A DNA stretch of 64,000 nt from Escherichia coli (lineage in GTDB: Bacteria; Pseudomonadota; Gammaproteobacteria; Enterobacterales; Enterobacteriaceae). Position numbers and translations under genes: made by a program. Of this stretch, positions 9,141-18,473 are shown piece after piece. Below the pieces are notes generated by a model. That model saw only the letters and a list, made by a program, of their open reading frames with translations. It had not been told where the DNA came from and did not search any database. The stretch is taken from NCBI RefSeq assembly GCF_024502345.1, contig NZ_JALDNN010000003.1. One strand, given 5' to 3'. Numbering within the stretch: the stretch's first letter is position 1; each line of letters starts with the position of its first letter.

Positions 9141-9347
9141 TTAATGGACCTGGCTGGCCTTTTTTTCCGCGTTCTTGTTGTAATCAACGCGGGCAATAAC
9201 GACGGCAGCGGCCAGGAGTGCAGCGAGACCGCCGTAGAATACTGGTCGGGAGATATCGACGAACATATCGCTCAGGTTATCAACGCCGAGGAGAAATACG
9301 CAGATAATGACGATAAAGCGAACAGGTTTGCTGTAGAACAATTTCAT
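9141..9347 (-). CDS. small membrane protein, 68 aa
   Basis: Two hydrophobic helices (FIVIICVFLLGV and GGLAALLAAAVVIA). Confidence 0.55.
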   Translation of the reverse strand: MKLFYSKPVRFIVIICVFLLGVDNLSDMFVDISRPVFYGGLAALLAAAVVIARVDYNKNAEKKASQVH

Positions 9348-9546
9348 CAGGAGCTATCCTTCTGGGGTGAAATGACACCAGCATTACACCATATCAGATG
9401 CCAATTTTTTTTCGGTAACGGGCCTATTTTGACAAGAAAAAAGACACATCAGGGAGGCAATGACGAGAGTATTTTCGAGGTGCCTATGGCCTGTCACTTC
9501 CTGAACTCAGGAAAAGAACGATGCTGTAGAACACAATCGAAATATA

Positions 9547-9561
9547 GAAAAGTAACTTTTC
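9547..9561. promoter_or_regulatory. perfect GAAAAGTWACTTTTC box
   Basis: Reads GAAAAGTAACTTTTC. Intergenic, about 200 bp upstream of the 9347 start. Confidence 0.6.
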
Positions 9562-9742
9562 CACCGACGATATGTCCGGCGGCAAGTTATTCTTATGCAG
9601 GGCACAAATCAGTGAATTGGGTTCCGCGCGGGAAAGTCAAAAAAACTTGCATGTCGTTCCGGATGCCAGGCGACGTAGCACATAGATTTGGGCCTGTGTA
9701 AGCGGGGAGCTGGGACGTTTTGTGTCTGCCATAATGTTCCTT

Positions 9743-10003
9743 TTATAACGAGGGCTGTCCGGCTGACAGATTAGCGGACAGACCTGAAAATAACGTGCAT
9801 ATCCAGCACCTGGCTGAATCCCTGAGCGAGGCAAATGCCTTTACTCTTCCCCCTCCGACAACAACAAAAATGCGTTGAGCTTCCTCTTCGGCCTGTTCAT
9901 CAGTCATGCTTTTCTCGCGGATGTGCGAAGTAAACAGGCTCCAGTTTGCAGCGATAAAATCACGTACTTGATGCATTTCCGAATTCTCAGCGTCAATAAC
10001 CAT
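9743..10003 (-). CDS. hypothetical protein, 86 aa
   Basis: ORF in the same-strand gene string. No motif recognised. Confidence 0.45.
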   Translation of the reverse strand: MVIDAENSEMHQVRDFIAANWSLFTSHIREKSMTDEQAEEEAQRIFVVVGGGRVKAFASLRDSARCWICTLFSGLSANLSAGQPSL

Positions 10004-10091
10004 TTTTAGTGTCCTGTGTCTTAAATAAGGTCCGCCCTGTTAATAGATCAGGGACGGACTGTTTAAGCGAGATAGCCAGCCTGTGCCGTGG

Positions 10092-10583
10092 TTATCCATT
10101 CACCAGAGTGATTTTTGTGGGGGATACTTTGATACTAAAAGCATTAAATTTCTTTTTAAGAGCGAGTTCAAACCACGCCACCGGGATAGAGACCGAACTA
10201 TCATCGCCGCCCAATGCCTCCTCTGCCTCGTCATACCATTCATCATCAACAGACGGATTCATCCCACGGGCATAGACAACCGTATCACGGGAAACAGGGG
10301 TTCCATCCAGAGATGCATTGGTAATCAGATAGACGCCATGATCTTTTACCAGAAGGATCTGTGGAGTCAGGCGGGCCGGGTCAATGTGTTTGGATGATGG
10401 CCAGAAAATTCCCCCCGTCTGGTTCATTTCCACTTCTGTTTTGCCCTCTTCGTTGAGAGGAGTACCGCCGGGGTAATTTGACGGTTCAAAAAGCTGTTCA
10501 ATGGTTGCATTGAACCGTTCCGCCGAGCGGAGTTCTTCGAGGAGCTTTTTTACCCCAGCAATTTCGAATGTTAATGTGGTCAT
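10092..10583 (-). CDS. hypothetical protein, 163 aa (resembles the DUF3085-type proteins common on conjugative plasmids)
   Basis: Start set at the ATG 9 nt after GGAG. The ORF-track start at 10598 overlaps the upstream stop. Confidence 0.6.
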   Translation of the reverse strand: MTTLTFEIAGVKKLLEELRSAERFNATIEQLFEPSNYPGGTPLNEEGKTEVEMNQTGGIFWPSSKHIDPARLTPQILLVKDHGVYLITNASLDGTPVSRDTVVYARGMNPSVDDEWYDEAEEALGGDDSSVSIPVAWFELALKKKFNAFSIKVSPTKITLVNG

Positions 10584-10587
10584 AAAC

Positions 10588-10896
10588 TTATTCTCCATCC
10601 GTAGTCAGCATCAGATATCGGGTGGCCAGTAGCAACTCTTTGACGTCAGCAGTTGAAACCTCCCCTTTGCCTTCTACCGCGTCCTGCAAACGCTGACGCG
10701 TCGCCTGAATCGTCTCTGACGACAGTGACGCCAGTTTGCTCAATACAGCGTTAGCTTTTTCCACAGCGGGATACAGGGACTCTGAGGTGGTATTGTCTAC
10801 ATCGTTATCGAAAAACAGGTCAGACTCCATATTAATATTGTCTTCGAGCCAGCTGGTAAGAATATCAAGTAAAGACATAACTTTATTAATCTGCAT
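10588..10896 (-). CDS. hypothetical protein, 102 aa
   Basis: Start set at MQINKVMSLL. The longer track ORF (to 11088) would read through the predicted promoter at 10925-10960. Confidence 0.5.
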   Translation of the reverse strand: MQINKVMSLLDILTSWLEDNINMESDLFFDNDVDNTTSESLYPAVEKANAVLSKLASLSSETIQATRQRLQDAVEGKGEVSTADVKELLLATRYLMLTTDGE

Positions 10897-10924
10897 TTTT
10901 CTCGCCCTCGGTTGATGTAATTCA

Positions 10925-10960
10925 AATATAACAAACTGTCTCGTCTGGCTAATAACCCAG
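10925..10960 (-). promoter_or_regulatory. putative promoter of the TTATTAG family (TTATTAGCCAGA, TTAGCC-N16-TATATT)
   Basis: Conserved motif with a 16-nt spacer to the -10 hexamer, about 30 nt upstream of the 10896 ATG. Confidence 0.5.
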
Positions 10961-11104
10961 AATGAAAAAAATAAGCGATTTATTAGATAGGACTGAATTA
11001 AATTTAAATGGAGTGCAGCCGGACTCAGTTTAAAAACACTCCGCGCTAAAGGCAGAAAAAAGCCTTCCGAAAGGGAAGGCTTATGCACTACATCAGGAAA
11101 AGAA

Positions 11105-11485
11105 CTATCGCTGCTTCTGGAGCGCGATATACGCTGCGAAAACAGCTACCAACACCGTCATGAAGTAAACTAGATATGAACCAGATTGCCAGACATTAAC
11201 GCCAAAAAACGATATTAATTTTCCGTCCGGGATAACAGAAAAAATCAGGTTCCAGAATCCAACCAGAACGACCTGAGAGATAATCATTTTACCAAGCGCT
11301 CCCAGTTCATGAGCCGCATACATTGCAGCCATGACAAATGTCAGAGCTACCACAAGCAGCGCAGACAAAGCCACAACCGAAATGCTCAGGCCGACGGATG
11401 TAAACAGAATGGCATCTTTAAAAGTCAGACCTGTAAAACCCCAGATCAGAATGGCTAAAATGAAAAACATAAGGATAAATTTCAC
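11105..11485 (-). CDS. integral membrane protein, 126 aa
   Basis: Four hydrophobic segments across the ORF. Confidence 0.6.
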   Translation of the reverse strand: MKFILMFFILAILIWGFTGLTFKDAILFTSVGLSISVVALSALLVVALTFVMAAMYAAHELGALGKMIISQVVLVGFWNLIFSVIPDGKLISFFGVNVWQSGSYLVYFMTVLVAVFAAYIALQKQR

Positions 11486-11570
11486 TAGAATTGCGTCCCT
11501 CTTTCGGTGGCAGAGTGTCGGTCAGGATGCCTGTGGCGAGGCAACTACAGACAGAATTTAACACAAAAAA

Positions 11571-11855
11571 TTAATTACAAATCCGTTCACAGGCCTGTTT
11601 CAATGATTCTTTGGTATGGCTATGTGCGGCCTGATTTAACAATGCCCGGATGTGTAGTTCATCATGACCGTCAGCTACAAAGAGTTTGATTTTACTTTCA
11701 AGGCGGCTCATGGCTTCGTAGAGTTTTGCCTCTTTATTGTTCTTCATAAAGCGAAGAATGTAATCCGCAATAATATGCTCTGGTGGCGTTTTAATTTCAC
11801 GGCAGCGATTGCTTGTCATGAGTTTTTCCTCAAGTTTGTGGCAAAATGGCACCAT
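11571..11855 (-). CDS. hypothetical protein, 94 aa
   Basis: The ATG lies one nucleotide (G at 11856) after the upstream TGA stop (TGAGATG), suggesting translational coupling. The track ORF extends to 12002. Confidence 0.45.
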   Translation of the reverse strand: MVPFCHKLEEKLMTSNRCREIKTPPEHIIADYILRFMKNNKEAKLYEAMSRLESKIKLFVADGHDELHIRALLNQAAHSHTKESLKQACERICN

Positions 11856-11856
11856 C

Positions 11857-12078
11857 TCATTTAAGCCACCCTTTTCCGGTTGTATAATTAATTTGACCTG
11901 CTTTACACAGCGCCAGCAAACGGCGATCAAGAATATGCGACGGTTGCGGATTGCTTTCCCCGGCTGCAATCCGGTGACACTCTGCTTTGATCTCTCCGGC
12001 AAATAATGTCGAGAACGGCGTAGGAACTGGGGTAAGAATTTCGTTGAGTGCCCTGTCCAGCGCCAGATACTTATCCAT
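11857..12078 (-). CDS. hypothetical protein, 73 aa
   Basis: Start set at the ATG 7 nt after AAGGA. The track ORF extends to 12177. Confidence 0.45.
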   Translation of the reverse strand: MDKYLALDRALNEILTPVPTPFSTLFAGEIKAECHRIAAGESNPQPSHILDRRLLALCKAGQINYTTGKGWLK

Positions 12079-12253
12079 ATTCATGTCCTTGCAGGTAATT
12101 GAATGGATGGGATTTAAATTTATTATACTGAATCGAGTTACTAAACTAATATCCTTCAGGATGAAGAAAGGAATCATCCACCTTCAGTATGTATTCGACA
12201 TATAGGACACGTCTCTAAAATTTTTCGCGTTTTCGCGATTTACACCGACAGGC

Positions 12254-12607
12254 CTACCAGTCACCACCTTCGATATGAAGTTGCGTCGCAGAAACAGCCA
12301 CCATTTCCTGCATTGGCTGGTCATGCTTGTTATGACTACTCCCAAGCAGTAGGCTCACCTTGCCGTTAGCGGAATAAAACATAGCATCAGGAAAATGCTC
12401 TCTGACTTCCCCCAGCAATGTGTGCATCGACTGAGTCAGTCGGTAGAATCGACGTGCGGCAGTCGGCATTGCATCATCAAGGAGATCTCCGGCGTCGCCG
12501 TCCCCGCTGTTTATGAAACTCAGTACCTTATCTTCGTCCATTCGAACCTCTTTTTCAGTCATGTCATATATATCCATTGAGATATCTGTCAGCCTGAGCA
12601 ACGACAT
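12254..12607 (-). CDS. hypothetical acidic protein, 117 aa
   Basis: ORF in the same-strand string. No motif recognised. Confidence 0.5.
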   Translation of the reverse strand: MSLLRLTDISMDIYDMTEKEVRMDEDKVLSFINSGDGDAGDLLDDAMPTAARRFYRLTQSMHTLLGEVREHFPDAMFYSANGKVSLLLGSSHNKHDQPMQEMVAVSATQLHIEGGDW

Positions 12608-12622
12608 CAGGCTGACCTTCGC

Positions 12623-13231
12623 TCACCCGGTAATAACGATGGCCTGTTCCAATTGTGGCTGGCGATCCCCCCGCAGCGCTACCGACTCCTGGAGGCGTGC
12701 GGAAGGCATCGTCATTGCCTTAAACCCCTCATCCCGCGAACGCACCAGCATCCCCCACGAATGGGTTTCACAGACATCGTTCTCGAAATTGGGTTCGGTC
12801 GACAGCAGTGATTCCATCTTCGGTTCGATGTGTACCGGCGCAATGTTTTTATAAACAGGGTGAACACGACACTGTTCAGACGCTTGTGCTCGGTAGCTCC
12901 CTTGCGCCAGCAGCACGTCATGGGAAACCAGGTCATAATCTGTATCTTCGACAAAAGTCTTCAGGGTGTGCGTTATTTTGCCGAATCCTTCGATATTCCA
13001 GACGGACACCATCGTAAACTCTTCAAACGCACGGGGACTTTTGACCAAAAATCCATTCAGCGCCCTACGCCCCTTCAGCATCCCCACCAGGTATTGCTTG
13101 TTGGGATAAGGGCGCATCGCAACAAGGTCATTACCAGTCAGGCGTAGCGACAGTTCCGGGACGCTTACGGAATCCAGCGTGCAAAGATTTCCCATCGGAT
13201 GCAGGATTTTTGGTACAAGGTGCAAAAACAT
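12623..13231 (-). CDS. hypothetical protein, 202 aa
   Basis: Strong RBS (GAGGAG) 7 nt upstream of the ATG. Confidence 0.6.
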   Translation of the reverse strand: MFLHLVPKILHPMGNLCTLDSVSVPELSLRLTGNDLVAMRPYPNKQYLVGMLKGRRALNGFLVKSPRAFEEFTMVSVWNIEGFGKITHTLKTFVEDTDYDLVSHDVLLAQGSYRAQASEQCRVHPVYKNIAPVHIEPKMESLLSTEPNFENDVCETHSWGMLVRSRDEGFKAMTMPSARLQESVALRGDRQPQLEQAIVITG

Positions 13232-13261
13232 CGGTATTCTCCTCGTTTATTAAGCCTTCAA

Positions 13262-13798
13262 TTATTGTGCCGTCGCCTGATGTATTTCGAACCAGAAGAC
13301 AACCGGCTTTTCCGTGACTTCAATTAACCCAAATCGCTCTGCGGTTCTGAAGTTGACGCTGTATGCCCTGGCGCGTTCTACCTGGCGGCTTATTTCTTTC
13401 CTCATGCCTTCAACACTTAATGCACCTTTAAAGAGATTGCAGGGGGCGCAAGCCGGAAAAAGATTTTCGATTGCATGCAGTTCAGGGTGCATGACCTTAC
13501 CGGTACTTCGAGCCCGGTGTGTCACTCGACTTCCAGCGGGGGCTCTGACCATTTCAAAATCCCGCCTCACCGGTTCAACATGATCGGCATGCCAGCCTTT
13601 TTCCGGCAAAGGACAGCCGCAGTAGGCACACCGACCGCCAAATTTCAAACGCAGTTCGGCTCGTTGCTCTTTGGATATTTTATTTTTTGGTTTTGAAAAT
13701 CGCCCATCATCAGATTCAACCTTCGGGAGGAGTTCTGAAAAATTGGGTAATTCGATTACTGCGCCTTTGTTATTTAGAACTTTCACCGGACCTCCCAA
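13262..13798 (-). CDS. HNH endonuclease-family protein, about 175 aa
   Basis: CAYCGCPL...WHADHVEPV...NLFPACAPCNLFKG is an HNH/Zn-ribbon pattern. The start is TTG at 13798 or GTG at 13786. Confidence 0.7.
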   Translation of the reverse strand: MGGPVKVLNNKGAVIELPNFSELLPKVESDDGRFSKPKNKISKEQRAELRLKFGGRCAYCGCPLPEKGWHADHVEPVRRDFEMVRAPAGSRVTHRARSTGKVMHPELHAIENLFPACAPCNLFKGALSVEGMRKEISRQVERARAYSVNFRTAERFGLIEVTEKPVVFWFEIHQATAQ

Positions 13799-13816
13799 CC
13801 ATATTAAGACGATTTT

Positions 13817-14128
13817 TTATTTATTTTCCTGAATTAGTTTTCGAATTTTAATCAGGTGTGGTCGGCTTAATTTGCATAGCTGTTCGGTCGCGGCATCCAG
13901 AGTGGGAAATACATGGGCCTCATTAATATCCAGTGTCCAGTATTTCGCTTTACCTTCTCCCAGATCAGATTCAAAGTAATTCCGCTTTACCCCAATCTGC
14001 TTTGGTCTTCCATTAATTCTGACGATTTCATGCCGCTCGTCGAAGATAAAACCCTCTCCGACCAACGTCAGGAGGACAAAAGGGCCCTCGGCCTTTTGCG
14101 TACCCAGCGAACTCATCTCATTATTCAT
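13817..14128 (-). CDS. hypothetical protein, 103 aa
   Basis: ATGA start/stop overlap with the upstream ASCH gene, and a GGGAGG RBS. Confidence 0.6.
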   Translation of the reverse strand: MNNEMSSLGTQKAEGPFVLLTLVGEGFIFDERHEIVRINGRPKQIGVKRNYFESDLGEGKAKYWTLDINEAHVFPTLDAATEQLCKLSRPHLIKIRKLIQENK

Positions 14129-14823
14129 ACGACCTCCCCGGTAATACGCTTAAAGTTGACGACCCAGACCCACGGGTTGGCCTGCCAACTGTCCTCGCCG
14201 TACGTGTTTTTCCAGAGGCTGCGGAAGCCAAGAAAGTGCTTATCGCCAAGAACACAACATTCTGTTGGTGCGCCTTCAGCTTTGGCATCTTCCTCGCTGA
14301 TGGTATTTAACCGCTCTACCCGCAAATCGGTAATTTCCAGTGCAATACGGCTGGCCCAGCGAGGCATATGGATTGAAGGTGTCCACGCACCTTCGAACTT
14401 CATATTTTCGGTACGAGGCTTCCAGTCGGCCTCATCAGGGATCGACCACAGCCCATAATCCCCCGACCGCTGTTCGCAGCTCGCCCGGTAAATGCGGGCT
14501 GCTTCAGTCCTGTCCATCACGATGTTGTCATTCCAGTCCACCGCGCACGCATCTTCATTCCCGAGCAATGAAAACGCCTCACGGACCGTAATGCGGTCGC
14601 CAACTACGCCGTACGGACAAGGCCGAAGCGCCGAGTATGGCTGGGTCCCTGTTGGAAGCCACCAGTCATGCGTGTGCCCGCGATGTCGCGGTGTTTGCGC
14701 AGGCCTTATAGACCATTCATCCGAACTATATTGAGGCTTTATAATCCGCCGCGTCTGTGTTTTCTGATCTGCCAGAATTGCCCGGACCATTTCATCATTA
14801 AAAAGCATTCCACGAGTCTTCAC
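14125..14823 (-). CDS. ASCH-domain (PUA-like fold) protein
   Basis: The N-terminal signature MLFNDEMVRAILADQKTQTRR is typical of phage/plasmid ASCH proteins. The GTG start at 14823 lies 8 nt after AAGGAG; ATG alternatives are at 14856 and 14808. Confidence 0.65.
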   Translation of the reverse strand: MKTRGMLFNDEMVRAILADQKTQTRRIIKPQYSSDEWSIRPAQTPRHRGHTHDWWLPTGTQPYSALRPCPYGVVGDRITVREAFSLLGNEDACAVDWNDNIVMDRTEAARIYRASCEQRSGDYGLWSIPDEADWKPRTENMKFEGAWTPSIHMPRWASRIALEITDLRVERLNTISEEDAKAEGAPTECCVLGDKHFLGFRSLWKNTYGEDSWQANPWVWVVNFKRITGEVV

Positions 14824-14963
14824 TGTGCTGACTCCTTTCACACATGGTTCACACATTGAGAGGCCTATCCCTCTTTATCAGCCAGGCATACCGAAACTGT
14901 CGGTAGTTTTACGGGAACGGGCAACTGCCCCCCTACCTGATAAAGTGGTGTTCTCCCCCAAAA

Positions 14964-15188
14964 TTAATCGTATTCCCCATCCACTACCGGCTCAGTCGTA
15001 ATTTCATATTTCACTCCGCCGGGTACATCCAACGCTTTAGCGACGGACTCACACAGCAATGACAAATCATTCAGGGTCATTGGGTATTCAACTTCCAGGC
15101 TGTGCAGTGCATTGGCGCTGGCAGCAGCAGCCTTGTCAGCATGACAGGCATTAAAAACGAAAACGGTGGTTTTTTCTTGAATAGGCAT
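14964..15188 (-). CDS. hypothetical acidic protein, 74 aa, paralog of 8863-9087
   Basis: Shares the EYPMTLNDLSLLCESVAKA block with 8863-9087. Confidence 0.65.
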   Translation of the reverse strand: MPIQEKTTVFVFNACHADKAAAASANALHSLEVEYPMTLNDLSLLCESVAKALDVPGGVKYEITTEPVVDGEYD

Positions 15189-15274
15189 AGTGCAATCCTC
15201 TGAATAATTAGCCCTGTGATCAGGGCGGTTTTTGATTAAATTTAAATGTTCGTTTTCAATAATTAGTGAATCTG

Positions 15275-15739
15275 TTAATCGGGTTGTGACTTATCATTTT
15301 CTCCAACCGAAGTGCTGTCGAGAAATGACCATTCTTGTTTGGGGCTTTTATATAATGCACTAGCCTCAGTACTCATCCACGACTCACAGGCTTTATAAGT
15401 CATGCCTTCCTCTCTAACGCGGTCCTTAAAATACGCCCAGGCTTGCAGATCAAGCGGCTGATACTCTTTCAGCGACTGGTCAAGCCTTTCCTTCCAGATT
15501 TTCTTCCGATGAGTAAAATGAGGAAAAGCCAGGAATGCATAACTACCTGCAACAAAAAAAAAGAACAGGAGTCCGCCCCATAGAGAATGTTTGAAAAACA
15601 CCAGTCCTGGGAAAATCCATGCCACAATGGCAACAAATAAAAGAAGGTGCTCCTTCCCAGTAGGTTTATTAAAATGCCAGGAAATTGCAATACACTTTAA
15701 TTTACTAAAGTGATTTTGTTTCTCCTTAATATCGGTCAT
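15275..15739 (-). CDS. membrane protein, 154 aa
   Basis: AAGGA RBS, and two hydrophobic helices in the N-terminal half. Confidence 0.6.
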   Translation of the reverse strand: MTDIKEKQNHFSKLKCIAISWHFNKPTGKEHLLLFVAIVAWIFPGLVFFKHSLWGGLLFFFFVAGSYAFLAFPHFTHRKKIWKERLDQSLKEYQPLDLQAWAYFKDRVREEGMTYKACESWMSTEASALYKSPKQEWSFLDSTSVGENDKSQPD

Positions 15740-15784
15740 ATATCAGTCCTTACTTATAAAAAAATGGTTATTATTAGTCTGATG

Positions 15785-15799
15785 TAAAAGTTACTTTTC
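15785..15799. promoter_or_regulatory. GAAAAGTWACTTTTC box (1 mismatch, TAAAAGTTACTTTTC)
   Basis: 46 bp upstream of the 15739 start and 120 bp downstream of the dndC-like stop. Confidence 0.55.
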
Positions 15800-15921
15800 A
15801 AAACAGTCCCTTTAACGAATTCCGCACCTGCGCTCATTACAACACACACCATTCGGCGCTTTTTCCGTTAACGGGGCTATTTTCACGTTTTTTGCACGTA
15901 TGTCTGATTTTGCTGGTGGGC

Positions 15922-18297
15922 TCACGCCAGCAGGCGGACCATACGTTTCAACAGAGGCCTTAACAACGCCGCCGTCCTCTCCCGGCATTCATCCACATGC
16001 CGGAACCCCGTCTTTTTCGAAGACTGGGGGCCGGATAACATCCGCAGCTCCCAGATGACTTCCCGTAAGGTTCCTTCGCGCTCCGGCGAAATACACCCGG
16101 CTAATGTCTCCAGAAAGCGTTTTCTTACGGCCCGGTAATACAGACGTTCTTCCGGTTGCTGTGACGAAATCCGCAGGTTACAGAGGGTCAGGACAGCGTC
16201 AAGAGTCCTTGCCTTCAGTTCGTCTCCCGTCCGGGCCAGATGTAGCTGTTGTTCTGTCTCCAGTTGCGTCGTTATCCACCCCCCCAGAGGGGTTTTGTTG
16301 TAGGTGTGCAGTGCCACACAGGCCGCAACACAACACCAGAAGCGCAGTTTCTGCCGCTGCCCCCGCAGTTTGCGGGCTACGAGCAAGCGATAATCGCTGT
16401 CGGTCAGGATCTTGAAACGGCGGCTGGCGAGCAGAGACGGCAGCGGCGTCTGGTCGTTAATGCCAAGACGTGAATAGGCCTGCCCGCGTTGAGCGAGTCG
16501 ATGGTACACCGCACCTTTCCCCCGCGAAATTCGGACGGCGCCGTATCTAAGCAGGTACTGTGCCGCCGCCACAGGGGTAAACTCACCGTCAGACACACGC
16601 TGGCGTAATCCGTCATATTCATGCCAGATAATCCAGGATGCCGTGTCTTCATCGACCGTCAGCTCATCCTCTTCTTCGAATGCAACGATGTTCAGGCCTT
16701 CCCCGCTACTCATCAGACTGCGGGAAGCTCGCTCATCCTCCCGACCGTCAAAATAGGCTATTTCGGATGACGGATCGGACAGCCCGTCAAATGACGTCCC
16801 GATACGGCCTTCCGGCAACTTCATCCAGCGTGGTGCTGGCATCGGCGTGCGGGGTACTGGTTGCATAGCTGGCTCATCGTCGAGAAGATCCAGTGCCCCC
16901 CCTTCCCACACCTGGCGGTAAAGTTCAATGGCACGAAATGGGCGCGGGTTAAAGCAATGCAGTGACCAGAGAAAGTCGATATGCAGCACGTTAGCCTCCT
17001 GCACCAGTCGAAACTGCGGCTCCGACATGCGGCGGTTATGCGCGGTATCTTCGATCTCGCCTGAAAGTAACTTTTCATGCACCGCTGCGGCCCGCTGAGC
17101 CTCCACGTAATCGAGGCTGCAACAGATATGGAACAGTCTTTCGGTCAGGGACGACGAGAACACATTGGGCTGAAGACGCACATACCCGCCCTCAAACACT
17201 TTGCGTCCGATATAATCCCGAAGGCTCCAGTCGTACTGAATTTTGGTCAGGAAACGCTGAAGGCGGTTGAGACCAGCCTGGTAGCCGTACTTCTCAGGGT
17301 CAGTGCGGAGTAAGGTTTCCATCGAGTGATCAATGCCGACGGCGCAGCATAGCGAGCATCCATAGCGAGCGCCGCAGGCAGAAGACCGGACAGTGGATTT
17401 CTCCGGCGTCCAGATACATTCCCCGGTCGCGTCTTTGTAAAGCGTGGCGAGGCTGAAGTTGTCCGGCAAAAAGCTTGGCAGCGGAAATCGCGCCAGAGAA
17501 CCACAGGCCATCAGAAATGACCAGATATCCTGTGCCCGCCACTCTTTCACCGGGTACAGTTCGCCGCCGTGCTCCGTGAGCGAGACGCTGTCCGCCTGCC
17601 CGCCCATTCTTAGGATGTTGTCTGCCCGACGGGCGCTCTCATCATCGCGGGAACCCAGCATCAGGCACACTTTGTTGCGGACAGAAGCAGGTGCATTTTT
17701 CAGATAACGGGCTTTGGCCTGGCGCAGTGGAGAACGCTTTAGATCTGTAGCGCATTGACGCGTAGAAGAATTTGTCCAGGTTGGAAGTCCACGCCCGGTC
17801 AGAATGCGTCCGACCCAGCTCTGGGTCATGGACGGGCGGGCCACAAGGACGGTCAAAGGCAGTTCTTGTTCGGCAATAAAGGCTCTGAGCTGGCTGAGAA
17901 CCTGCGTGGCCTGATGATGCATCTCAGGGTTTTCAATCAGGGTGTCAGACATCTGAATGAAGTGGTGCTGGCTGACGTTCGACCCGTTTCGTACTGCACG
18001 GATCAAGGCCATAAGGAACAAGTGCAGTAGCGAGTGAGAGTCTTTCCCGCCGCTGTAGCCGACGCACATGGTCCAGCCTTCGGTAATCGCATGATAAATG
18101 GCACTGGTTGCCGTCGTCACGCGCGAAGCGAGACTGATCGGCTCACCGGCATCAGTATAATTCAGATCCGCATCGGTCTTCAGTGTCTGCCAGACATCGC
18201 CCCATTTATCCTGCGTCAGAATGGCAGCGTTAGCCGCCTCAGAAAATTGAATTTCTGAGGGTAATTCAAGGAATGTTTCTTTCATTTCGATATACAT
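15922..18297 (-). CDS. DndC-like PP-loop ATP pyrophosphatase (PAPS-reductase superfamily) with a long unknown C-terminal extension, about 791 aa
   Basis: PP-loop motif CVGYSGGKDSHS plus the cysteine cluster CGARYGCSLCCAVGIDHSME, as in DndC. The start is set at the ATG 6 nt after AGGA; the track ORF starts at 18351. Confidence 0.7.
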   Translation of the reverse strand: MYIEMKETFLELPSEIQFSEAANAAILTQDKWGDVWQTLKTDADLNYTDAGEPISLASRVTTATSAIYHAITEGWTMCVGYSGGKDSHSLLHLFLMALIRAVRNGSNVSQHHFIQMSDTLIENPEMHHQATQVLSQLRAFIAEQELPLTVLVARPSMTQSWVGRILTGRGLPTWTNSSTRQCATDLKRSPLRQAKARYLKNAPASVRNKVCLMLGSRDDESARRADNILRMGGQADSVSLTEHGGELYPVKEWRAQDIWSFLMACGSLARFPLPSFLPDNFSLATLYKDATGECIWTPEKSTVRSSACGARYGCSLCCAVGIDHSMETLLRTDPEKYGYQAGLNRLQRFLTKIQYDWSLRDYIGRKVFEGGYVRLQPNVFSSSLTERLFHICCSLDYVEAQRAAAVHEKLLSGEIEDTAHNRRMSEPQFRLVQEANVLHIDFLWSLHCFNPRPFRAIELYRQVWEGGALDLLDDEPAMQPVPRTPMPAPRWMKLPEGRIGTSFDGLSDPSSEIAYFDGREDERASRSLMSSGEGLNIVAFEEEDELTVDEDTASWIIWHEYDGLRQRVSDGEFTPVAAAQYLLRYGAVRISRGKGAVYHRLAQRGQAYSRLGINDQTPLPSLLASRRFKILTDSDYRLLVARKLRGQRQKLRFWCCVAACVALHTYNKTPLGGWITTQLETEQQLHLARTGDELKARTLDAVLTLCNLRISSQQPEERLYYRAVRKRFLETLAGCISPEREGTLREVIWELRMLSGPQSSKKTGFRHVDECRERTAALLRPLLKRMVRLLA

Positions 18298-18473
18298 ATT
18301 ATTTCCTGAATTTGGCTTTCGCTGTATTGTCGCGATATTTATTAAATCCATTTAATATCTTCAGCGCAATATGTGAAGCTAAAAATAGTTAAATTGAAAT
18401 CATGCCAATTTAATTAAATAACACTGAACAAATAAAATTACGCGGCAATAAATATATTATGTTCTCCACGCTC

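Noticed and set aside
16104-18258. Numerous plus-strand ORFs (74-103 aa) antisense to the dndC-like gene, and similar shadow ORFs opposite corA, the Ig-like genes, the methyltransferase and the trh genes.
   Set aside because: They lie entirely within longer, motif-supported ORFs on the other strand, lack an RBS, and have Arg/Ser/Pro-rich shadow-frame composition.
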